A stretch of 20,000 bases of DNA from an uncultured virus (IMG/VR IMGVR_UViG_3300032291_000723) (Duplodnaviria > Heunggongvirae > Uroviricota > Caudoviricetes). The notes beneath the pieces were generated by a model, which worked only from the letters and a program-made list of their open reading frames with translations, made no database searches and was not told the DNA's origin. Made by a program: the position numbers and the translations under genes. The stretch lies in the IMG/VR virus record IMGVR_UViG_3300032291_000723; one strand, written 5' to 3'. This document shows positions 11,301 through 17,601 of the stretch, in pieces; the stretch's first letter is position 1; the number at the start of each line of letters is the position of its first letter.

Positions 11301-14300
11301 GAACCCACAGGACACGCTACAGTAGATACTGGAGCTGAAGCACCAAAGGAAACTCCTAAGTTGGTACACACAGAACCAGTGGCCGATGCTGTTGCCAGTG
11401 GTGAAACCAACATGACTAAGACAGCGGTACAGCTGGATATCAAGAAGTCATTCTCAATGAAGGGTGTATTCACCCAAGCATCGGATGCTCTTGATCGTCT
11501 CTTCAATGCACTGGCAATTGAATATCCTGATGAGGTCGTTAGCCTTAAGACGGTTAAGGATCAGCATGCCTTTGTAGTTAAGCTACTGAAGGAAAAGGGA
11601 TATGACTCTGTTATTGATGAGCGTGGTAATGTTGTTCCTCTCAAGGAACCCAAGGTAATTGGTAAGACCAAGAAGCGAATCTCCAAGGAAGTTGCGGAGA
11701 AGCAGCAAGATCCTACCGTTGTTACTAAGGACGAAACAACATTCTCTACCGAAGACGGAGTTCCTGTGGCTACTACAGAGACTGTGGTGGAAACACCCAA
11801 GGCTCCTGTGGGACCAGTTGAAACTCCTGCTGGAGATCGTACTGTTGTTCCTACTCCTACTAAGACTGTGAGTGATGTTGCAAAGCTACCTGAAGCAGAG
11901 ACTTTAGAGCGTAAGGTAAACGAAGATCCAAAGCTACTCCGTAATAACGGTATGGATCGTAGTTTCCTAAAGCTCTTTACTAAGGCTTATTGGAAGTCCA
12001 AAGTTGAAGCCAGTGCCAATGATCGTGCTATTGCTAAGATGGCCGAGGAATCTAATGGCGGCGCTAATGCAGCCAATACTATGATGGCAAGAGCTTTCTT
12101 CAGTGGTACCAATTCAGTTAGTCACTCAATCACTGAGAAGTTTAAGACTGCATGGGGTGACTTTGTTCAGGTCAATCAGTTCATTGCTGAAGCAAATAAA
12201 AGAATGTTTGGCGAAGATATCATGGAACGCTTCTGGAAGAAGGTCGATGAGATTAACGCCGTAGATAGAATTAGACCAAAGGCTGCTGAAGGTCCAGCAG
12301 GAATTAAACCTTTGACATATAGAGAAGTTCTTGACAAGGCTGCTGAGGCCATGAACGAAGAAGGCAAACCAGCCTTTGTTCGTCCATTGCTTCCAGATGA
12401 GGTTAAGTTTGTCAAGGCCGATGAAGCTGGAAATGTTCGTCTATCCGGTAAGAACAAGCAGACCCGTGCCATTATTGATGCGGCTCTGACTGAAGCTGAA
12501 AAGGTAGAACCACCTAAAGTTGAAAGGGTATTAGATGCCGAAGGAAAGGTAGTACCAGAAGATACAACCCCAGCAAAGCCTGAGGAACCTACTCCACCTA
12601 CAACCGAAGATCAAATGATTGACGCTGCGGTAGATGGTAGCGAATCAGCAACCTCCAGACCATGGAGACTAAATAACTTTGTTGGGCATCTGTTTGGTGG
12701 CGACAACACTGCTAATGCTACATGGTGGCGTAAGCAGATGGCTAAGCTTGCCAATGCAACCCAGAGTTCATCACAGCTTGGAAACACAATCCGAAGCTTT
12801 AATGATTCAATTGCATTTATTTCCCGATGGGCTGACGATACCCGAGCACAGACAGGACATGTCGTGGGTGTAGGCAAGACTCCTTTCAAGACCATGTTGC
12901 AAATCAAGATGGACGAAGGAAGAGTCATTACCCGAATCCTACGAGCATACTCTGACTTTGATACCACCCTAAGAGGTGCTAACAAGCGAGCTGTGCAATC
13001 CTATATCTACGACTGTTTGCGTAAGGGTGAGCAACCAAACAAAGCTGAGATGGTCAAGCTAGGTGTTGGTGTGCATAATGCTGAAGCAGCAGTAAAGAAG
13101 GCGGGTTACTTACTGGAAATCTCCAGAGCAATCAATGACAAGATCCTCTACATGGAAAATACCACAGGTAGACTGGTCACCACTGATAAGCACGGCATGC
13201 CTCTTGATCCCAAGAAGTATGCCCCTGTTCAGTTTGATCACGAAGCTCTGATGCGTATTGCACCCGGAGAGCACTCAAAGATTATTGATGCTATGGTGAT
13301 TGCCCGTACTGCAACTAAGTTAAACGATCCACGCCTTGACAAAAACACAATGATTGTCATGGGTTGGATTGATGTTAAGTATAATAAAGAAACTGGTGGA
13401 TACGAGTTCTTCTCTAAGGAACGCCAACTAAAGCATTCCGAAGGCGCCAATATGTTCGGTAATGATACCCTAGCCAAGCTGCAAGTCAGCAAGATTGCCA
13501 AAGAAGGCACAGGCGGTGACAAGGGTATTCTTAAGAACCTACTGCGTAAGGGAGATCCAAATAAATATTTCATCCTTGAATCAGATACAGAGTACACTGT
13601 ATACCGTCTGCCTGAGGTTCTTGAAGACCTAGGCAATGCCGACAAGGCAAAGTATACAGAAGCTGTAAAGGGTAACACTGCTCATTACACCATTGATTGG
13701 CGTGAGCGTCTTGGTAACAAGAACCTGATTCAGCGAGAGATGGAAGAGATGTTTGCCTACAAGACCAAGAAGGCTCCTTATACGGATGACAGCTATGGTC
13801 TTGTTCGATCCATGTTTAAGATTGATGAGAATGGTCGAAGTGGTATTACAGTACCCGGCCTTACTCCCGAAGAGATGTTATCTGACCCAATGCTGGCCAA
13901 GCTATTGAGAACCAATCTGGCTGAAGCATACTTCCACTGGGTAAAGGGAAGATACTTTGATTTGAGCTTCCAACAGGAACTAGACAGAGTAATGGGAACC
14001 AAAGGCATCACTTGGGATAAGGTTACTAGCAGAGTTGCTAAAAGAGCACAAGATGATATTTCTAAGATTGCAGTAGATAGTGGGTGGACCAGTAAGCAAC
14101 TAGATAGTGCACATCAAGATATCAACAATGGTATCAAGAGACTGCAGGAAGAGTTCCGAGCTGGTGCTGAAACCCTACCCTTCTTTGCAAACAAGGGACC
14201 ACTAGGTTCAAGAGCTGCTAATGCTGCTATTCGATTCAAGTTCTCTGTTGGCTATGGTGTATCACAATTTACAGAAATTCTTCAGGAACTTGTTAAGCAC

Positions 14301-15983
14301 TCCCCAGAGTTCTATACAATGCCAAAGAATATCTTTGAAGCACTGCGCTATGTGGTTGGTGATTATAGAATCTCCAAGAACAAGATGCTTATGTCTGAAC
14401 TGGGTGATATGACCTTTGTGCTTGAAGCTTTCAAGACAGACCTATCAAACCGATTTATGGGTGAGACTGGTTATGGTACACTCACTACAGATTCCAGAAT
14501 GGGCACTCGTTTTGCAAAGGTTGCTCAGAATATCCGTAATGCCAATGGACTAGGGGAAACTCTGGTGACCATTGGTGAGGGTGCTGCCGAAGGTATGCAA
14601 GCCCTAGGCTCACTGTCGGCTCAGACACAAGCTGTGCGTGTACTGGGTAAGGTGAGAATGCAACGGTCTATCTGGCATTACTTTGAAAACGGTAGTGTGG
14701 AAAAGCTAATCACTAGACTAGAAGACCCAACGGTTGCTGCTGAGCTGGCTGAGCTTAACAAGGCTGCTAGCAAGGATCAGGCCCAACAGGTTAAGCTGTG
14801 GAAGCGCTTTGCTGGTGTTGCCAGAGAGAGTGGCTTCGGTATGGATCAGCATGATGCCATGATGTTCCTCAAGTATGGCTTCGGTGATGCAGAGACTGTC
14901 AAGGCCTTTAAGTGGGCCATGACCAAAGTCAAGCATGACAAGGGCCGTGTCAATATGAACCTCCTTTGGGATCTGGCTGATCAGGTTGCCCGAGAAGGCT
15001 CTAAGGAAGTAGACCCAGAGGTTCTGGGTAATGCCTTATCCAATTATCAATTTATGTTAGAGGACAGAATTACCAAGGAAGTAGCAAGCGAAGTCCGTGG
15101 GTTAAACCGACAGACAGACCTTGAATCCAGAAGCGCTCTTGGGCGTCTATGGTATGCCTTGAGTTCCTTTACTCGTTCATATCAGGATAATGTGATTATG
15201 GGTTACGGTAGCAAGAGTACCATCAAGTACCTTGCTGGCGGTATCTTCCTGTACATGGCGGTGGATGCCCTAACCAGTTACCTTAAGGAATATCTAGCAG
15301 GGCGTGACCACAAGGATATCCTACAGGAACTGGAAGATCGTCCAAGTGAGTTCATGATTCGTGGTGCTGCAAGAACCCCATTCATGGGAACATGGAATGG
15401 ATTCTTGGAAGCTGGTCTGGCTGGAGCTTCTGCTCTCAACGGTGGAACCTATAAGTACTACGGGATTCCCGGACTACCCGCAGGTGCCTCTGCTGGCGAA
15501 GGTGCCCTATCAGATATCTACAATAACACCAAGACATTGGTGGGTAGTGATTCTGACATGGGTAAGAGACTTAAGGCAGCTAGTGGTCTATTGGGTGTTT
15601 CAGATATAGTTAATCGTAGTCAGGCTGCTATTCCCATCCGTGTCCTACAGGACATGGGGGCCATAGAACAACAGTCTGCCGTAGGAACTTATTTGGATCT
15701 TATCCACAGAAAGCCATATCCCTACATGAAGCAGAATGCTAGTGCTGGTACTTATCAACCAATGGACCCCAACGATTATCAGCCTACTCCAAGGAACTTT
15801 GCCAAGGAGGCTTCGCAATACGAGGCTGCTAAGCAGATGACCAAGCAGTTCCCTCTACCACCAGAGAGAGTGGTAGTACCTAAGAGAACCGCAACATCTA
15901 GGGGTACGACCAGTCAGATGTTTAATTCGACTAGTCCCAATACAGGAGTGTCAGGTGAACTAGGGGATCTCCTAGATCAATGA
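5391..15983 (+). CDS. ~3530-aa polyvalent internal virion/ejection protein (metallopeptidase + ART-like + sigma-like domains)
   Basis: ATG at 5391 follows GAAAGGG (5379-5385) and is preferred over TTG at 5370. There are Gly/Ala-rich hydrophobic segments near the N-terminus (~6290-6770) and C-terminus (~15140-15290), as in podovirus DNA-ejection proteins. Internal domains are listed separately. Confidence 0.85.
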   Translation: MFDFAQGFPSQPSLPTSGPLNYQAEKSIQVRGFGEMGWNPVNMVGGMLNQVVGDDYVRVLDASGLRDGINWTHGELRKVADNREYGNLEYFINTLNGGKQNDAAVGLGWALESSQAMLLRQILGNKPLEPVMFAPSEITPEIMAAEEQELKGLLSTDGVSEENQKRVQEISNKKAYVESKTQADKNLGFNWWDWYKQTNVFNAASTLGVNVLGDKDIIDTLTEYDPNFKSNDWFDNFAADPIVKQGLLENGITADIVAESPNADHAFMRISHIMYESNTQKRMGTYKPTNYDFVKNMGSGLVSFMVDTPTGATIITGAAVTTAASIFSPANFAAVGATALGEAAVLGESAVATSSTMTFLNGAKTLGETLYKLPLGMAPQWMEGTTLLSMTAANIASGAIQGTIGSYNQQANEISFGAATMYVNPSVRREMDYGEVAIEALYSGVMMGGLFGLGGGLLRSVKGMTDNGLKGLIIDPVTGKRNRLDRSFTFQDTPLGNTLQMLHIKDYERSLIDLKPVDVVRNEAIIEKTDPTPDRLAAETEGYADRAEAREALKNPEAAEATPEDVGTRKYESETTEQYINRVAPSRTIRNLPELVTEVARRTQVEGGRMISSTEEYHQMTPQDQARTLIRTQAVLEAAKRAEEKAVGLPKERERVFEQLEASRKEALRRIGKTLTPIEFKRLKAELKGDKPKVKGSLPELLTVANDKAKPIAERKANAEEAAGQILETARAVIKNPDKAKVIKSKVPQEILDKVDAVVVEEALTGRVSAETAEEVKRSLLAAEEPFTSSLTKRIERAVKVNRLSPDRVARINAIKEDHTRFVSLVKGNKMRALALYNHIHEGVVTGVLTAEDRVLILASVSHLNFDLKGFAMEYAYKNMDDVNVAGEYNAKTRVLTLNTKSTPSNRAHTVLHEIGHALFSNDMRGEVYLENLKLYNSMREGTPLSSKGIQLIDPLTENLGKYHLQNVEESFVQLFSNVVLAETAQVMTPVESTMVRKTLAFIEKAILNATIALDESKYYERANAVIKALTEVDNKVIRQSVSVSSLLRAIAKAEEARPKNVAQFNYEIAKSLGARHPEVDKAVIRETFTDAEYKMLFKQVNDPTSLAAFAITRESGKPIVDEAGRFTVHAPKFFEAYSEYKKAQYNSAATRVAYMLRSMSYKLLTGMTKEERENFFTYEMFDINAKQEKGSPYEKSLNDNLSATYEDNHLASMNLNGGNYATDYLMTTAESFVELLQEDGMSDIAPSAMTLSAAAREALISRIQEDPYLSKPIMEQLREHFDKAGLTKYYQRAFDTMQKNLILRMYEEGVFSMNDLKLVWDTPEFKQYFGNSKVVDKDGNPLIMYHGTAANNGFVIFRTKDGDFGLFGKGGYFTSNPKIASEYAGVRNGAARRGYEEPGSVYPVYLSIQNPLDMDAKVVLIGERTDATFIPALKKFKPNESQNETVKLYFDLATEEGRARLEEYNAIVESAQEYLKNRTESEVTNEEFFRYILDAFEHYIEDGSEFVHELTDDILRATSHDGITHMGGGRVRADGPRHRVYIAFEPEQIKSIWNDGTFSRTNPDIRRSINPEVSKKREMIGVLQKFIGDKNTFNAMPLEHLLRNVMGLEETLVVKYMNLGKSNPFKALQALQIAVSKDLIEHDGANWILKVQQVVPNEPVQPKMLSPKKVAMVETKAKLVTAKTLDAELMRYVEDNKSVSKEITSEALQEALVNFFDINSPERAALLAQVEDGMTSQQLGYYIRRTVKNNIIKEQRDQNKNQGDVKNAEQTSKKNKKSEAIDTTKQRQLNANAYKVMQDIHDLFLKKTESSLFTDTQMQTLRVLTINRTVKLADGKEELAPPTLDEAAKLLGLSGKSGVSERIKSMQKRLQKKLGLTDETASMLFDPNTKLTNKLKTEVMSNIEEAMEKLNAAEKEKPAAVKKESKVELEPALPPAEKLVETGNQILDTINQTAKMEQNADPVAVPKTEEPTGHATVDTGAEAPKETPKLVHTEPVADAVASGETNMTKTAVQLDIKKSFSMKGVFTQASDALDRLFNALAIEYPDEVVSLKTVKDQHAFVVKLLKEKGYDSVIDERGNVVPLKEPKVIGKTKKRISKEVAEKQQDPTVVTKDETTFSTEDGVPVATTETVVETPKAPVGPVETPAGDRTVVPTPTKTVSDVAKLPEAETLERKVNEDPKLLRNNGMDRSFLKLFTKAYWKSKVEASANDRAIAKMAEESNGGANAANTMMARAFFSGTNSVSHSITEKFKTAWGDFVQVNQFIAEANKRMFGEDIMERFWKKVDEINAVDRIRPKAAEGPAGIKPLTYREVLDKAAEAMNEEGKPAFVRPLLPDEVKFVKADEAGNVRLSGKNKQTRAIIDAALTEAEKVEPPKVERVLDAEGKVVPEDTTPAKPEEPTPPTTEDQMIDAAVDGSESATSRPWRLNNFVGHLFGGDNTANATWWRKQMAKLANATQSSSQLGNTIRSFNDSIAFISRWADDTRAQTGHVVGVGKTPFKTMLQIKMDEGRVITRILRAYSDFDTTLRGANKRAVQSYIYDCLRKGEQPNKAEMVKLGVGVHNAEAAVKKAGYLLEISRAINDKILYMENTTGRLVTTDKHGMPLDPKKYAPVQFDHEALMRIAPGEHSKIIDAMVIARTATKLNDPRLDKNTMIVMGWIDVKYNKETGGYEFFSKERQLKHSEGANMFGNDTLAKLQVSKIAKEGTGGDKGILKNLLRKGDPNKYFILESDTEYTVYRLPEVLEDLGNADKAKYTEAVKGNTAHYTIDWRERLGNKNLIQREMEEMFAYKTKKAPYTDDSYGLVRSMFKIDENGRSGITVPGLTPEEMLSDPMLAKLLRTNLAEAYFHWVKGRYFDLSFQQELDRVMGTKGITWDKVTSRVAKRAQDDISKIAVDSGWTSKQLDSAHQDINNGIKRLQEEFRAGAETLPFFANKGPLGSRAANAAIRFKFSVGYGVSQFTEILQELVKHSPEFYTMPKNIFEALRYVVGDYRISKNKMLMSELGDMTFVLEAFKTDLSNRFMGETGYGTLTTDSRMGTRFAKVAQNIRNANGLGETLVTIGEGAAEGMQALGSLSAQTQAVRVLGKVRMQRSIWHYFENGSVEKLITRLEDPTVAAELAELNKAASKDQAQQVKLWKRFAGVARESGFGMDQHDAMMFLKYGFGDAETVKAFKWAMTKVKHDKGRVNMNLLWDLADQVAREGSKEVDPEVLGNALSNYQFMLEDRITKEVASEVRGLNRQTDLESRSALGRLWYALSSFTRSYQDNVIMGYGSKSTIKYLAGGIFLYMAVDALTSYLKEYLAGRDHKDILQELEDRPSEFMIRGAARTPFMGTWNGFLEAGLAGASALNGGTYKYYGIPGLPAGASAGEGALSDIYNNTKTLVGSDSDMGKRLKAASGLLGVSDIVNRSQAAIPIRVLQDMGAIEQQSAVGTYLDLIHRKPYPYMKQNASAGTYQPMDPNDYQPTPRNFAKEASQYEAAKQMTKQFPLPPERVVVPKRTATSRGTTSQMFNSTSPNTGVSGELGDLLDQ
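7950..8420 (+). other. Zincin metallopeptidase domain (MPTase-like) within the giant protein
   Basis: VAGEYNAKTRVLTLN strands, then HTVLHEIGHALF (HExxH at 8127-8141), then NVEESFVQLF (from 8289) providing a likely third Zn ligand. Boundaries are approximate. Confidence 0.8.
9357..10097 (+). other. ADP-ribosyltransferase-like domain (ART-PolyVal type) within the giant protein
   Basis: Characteristic motif series: FKQYFGNSKVVDKDGNPLIMYHGT (YHGT 9426-9437), FGKGGYFTSNPKIASEYA, VYPVYLSIQNPLD, HDGI, YIAFEPEQIKS, NDGTFSRTNPDIRRS. Confidence 0.85.
10461..11020 (+). other. Sigma-70-family (ECF-sized) sigma factor-like module within the giant protein
   Basis: Region 2-like SEALQEALVNFF and LGYYIRRTVKNNIIKEQR, then a polar linker, then region 4-like LFTDTQMQTLRV and TLDEAAKLLGLSGKSGVSERIKSMQKRLQKKL. 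Order and total span (~185 aa) match ECF sigma factors. Confidence 0.6.
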
Positions 15984-16001
15984 CATGCCGAATAGATGGG
16001 G

Positions 16002-16199
16002 CTATAGATATAGTACTATAGATATACCTAGGTTAACCTAGGGGAGTAGCTAAGCTACTCTCCTAGGCACCTAGGAAATTCCTATAGGTTTTAGTTTAGG
16101 TTTTATTACTATGGATATAGCTTAGTCCCCTAGGTATCTCTCTAGTTAAAATCACAATAAATTATCCAACCTAGGTCCCATGGAAACATGGACCTAGGT
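16002..16199. repeat. Cluster of CCTAGG palindromes and inverted repeats
   Basis: CCTAGG occurs at 16027, 16037, 16062, 16070, 16129, 16170 and 16193. There is a perfect 16-bp palindrome at 16027-16042, hairpins at 16037-16067 and 16169-16199, and a direct repeat CTATAGATATA at 16002 and 16016. Confidence 0.9.
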
Positions 16200-16345
16200 A
16201 TTATGCGTATCACTGGTCAACCTCCCCCCGGTCTTGCCGGGTAGGTCCCTTGTCGATTTCGGTAGTTGCTCCCTCCCCGCTCACTGCCGGGGGAGCTCCC
16301 TTAGCTACGCCTGTTCCTGCTGGCCCTACGATGCCTCAGGAACGC

Positions 16346-16424
16346 TTCCTAAGAATCCAATGGGTCCAAGGGGCACCAAGGAGAGCCAAGGCCCCATAAG
16401 CGATTCCTAAGAAATCGACTTAGG
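16346..16424. repeat. 10-bp-phased CCAAGG repeats flanked by TTCCTAAGAA direct repeats
   Basis: CCAAGG starts at 16366, 16376 and 16386, with variant CCAATGG at 16357. TTCCTAAGAA occurs at 16346 and 16404. Confidence 0.8.
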
Positions 16425-16484
16425 GGTAAAAAATTAATAAAAGATTATCCCCCGTAGGTACCTTACCCTTGCCCCCCGCTACCC

Positions 16485-16566
16485 CCGGAGGGTCCGGTAA
16501 CTCGGGACATGGTTATCGGACCTAGCGCGGCGCCCCAAGGTTATCGGACTTTGGCGCCGGAGGGTC
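16485..16566. repeat. Nested direct repeats CCGGAGGGTC x2 and GGTTATCGGAC x2
   Basis: CCGGAGGGTC at 16485 and 16557; GGTTATCGGAC at 16511 and 16539. Confidence 0.8.
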
Positions 16567-16592
16567 TGAACATTCCCGGCTATGCGCGTCTA
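16567..16592 (+). promoter_or_regulatory. Candidate ECF-type promoter
   Basis: TGAACAT (16567-16573) and CGTCTA (16587-16592) resemble GAACTT-N16-TCTNA (sigmaE/AlgU type), with a 15-nt spacer here. A +1 near 16597-16598 would fall at the start of the hairpin-boxA element. Confidence 0.35.
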
Positions 16593-16597
16593 CCAGT

Positions 16598-16624
16598 GGC
16601 GGAGCGACCCGCCCTCTTTAACAA
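16598..16624 (+). promoter_or_regulatory. Hairpin followed by a boxA-like sequence (rrn-type Nus antitermination site)
   Basis: GGCGG-agcgac-CCGCC hairpin (16598-16613), immediately followed by CTCTTTAACAA (16614-16624). E. coli rrn boxA is TGCTCTTTAACA; the G is replaced by C here. Confidence 0.5.
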
Positions 16625-16635
16625 GTCAAACGTTT

Positions 16636-17155
16636 GCGTTTCCCGCGTCCCCCATGGGGAAAGTGGAAACTGGTTCTAGCGAATCATCGAATGCCCGATC
16701 CCAAGTACGCTAGGTTTCCATGGGGAAGCCAACGTAGCAAGCCGGACCCCTGAAAGGGGGTCGCGGGAAGTACGCCTAGCCTAACGGGAACGAAACCGGA
16801 ACGATGAAACGAGTGATTCGCGCAAGCGAATCGAACCGTAATACCTGCCACCCCTTGGATGGGGTAAGGTAGTGCGCGTATCCCGGATGACTAACGGGAA
16901 CGCATGGACGGGAACGGTAGCACGTTCCACCCATGAAACAATAATTAATTCCGATACCCTGCTTTCTTTCCGCAGGGTATCGGCTAGGACTCTCCGCAAT
17001 CGTTAGGGCCAGCCAATGCCACGGACGCCATGAGTTATCGGTGCGACCAGTATAGGGTCTATATCCGATAAGTACCGCAGTACCGTGGCCCATATAAATG
17101 GCCCCTGAACTATGCGGAGGGTTCTAGCCGATCCGTCCACCGTGGACAATCGGAA
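16636..17155 (+). ncRNA. Putative large structured RNA or leader of the early transcript (family not recognised)
   Basis: Nearly continuous nested helices, GAAA (16752-16755) and GCAA (16822-16825) tetraloop hairpins, and a 20-bp helix 16979-16998/17113-17132 whose only non-Watson-Crick pairs are G-U on the + strand. No convincing ORF in the interval. Confidence 0.7.
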
Positions 17156-17178
17156 CTCAAGTTTACGGAGACTGAATC

Positions 17179-17595
17179 ATGTCTATCGACCGTGCTACTT
17201 TCGTTCGCGTTGCTTCCGCCTGCAACTTGTCCGCTGCTTTCTCGGACACTCTCGCTAGCGGCAAGGGTCGGACGGCTACGGGGAAGGTGGATTGCCGAAA
17301 GTTTGCTGCCCTGATGGAGAAGGTGGCATTTATGTACGGCAAGGATTGTGCGTCCAAGTACTTCATGCTGCCTATCCTGCTTGCCAAGGCAGGTATCCCG
17401 GCGGATGCTTTCCGGTGGCGTGGCAATGCCACGGAGGGTATCGAAGCCCATCCGGCGGCTGAAGTGTTCCAGACTCTTTGCACGGAGTACCTGCAGGGTC
17501 TGTATCCCTACGAAACTTGGGAGACGGCATCGTCTGCTCCGCAGGTTCGCCGCAAGGATATCCCGTCCGATATCCTCGCCACGCTCGATATCTAA
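17179..17595 (+). CDS. Hypothetical early protein, 138 aa
   Basis: GGAG at 17167-17170 upstream of the ATG. First gene after the structured leader. Confidence 0.85.
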   Translation: MSIDRATFVRVASACNLSAAFSDTLASGKGRTATGKVDCRKFAALMEKVAFMYGKDCASKYFMLPILLAKAGIPADAFRWRGNATEGIEAHPAAEVFQTLCTEYLQGLYPYETWETASSAPQVRRKDIPSDILATLDI

Positions 17596-17601
17596 TCGGG
17601 C

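Noticed and set aside
5391..15983. Giant protein as an N4-like or crAss-like virion RNA polymerase
   Set aside because: The size fits, but I found no DxDGD-type or single-subunit polymerase motifs. The recognisable motifs are peptidase, ART and sigma-like.
16656..16670. RNase P RNA or group II intron (GGGGAAAGT; GTGCG at 16872 and 17041)
   Set aside because: No GAGGAAAGUCC/P4 partner and no domain V hairpin were found.
16884..16940. Hammerhead ribozyme (CGGATGA...GAAAC)
   Set aside because: The core is not CUGANGA, and stems I-III cannot be built around it.
17001..17030. Pistol ribozyme (TTAGGGCC)
   Set aside because: No P1 stem closes the loop, and there is no matching downstream pseudoknot/AGCG core.
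16776..17093. Minus-strand ORFs across the structured leader
   Set aside because: They oppose all other genes, have atypical composition, and the region is better explained by RNA structure.
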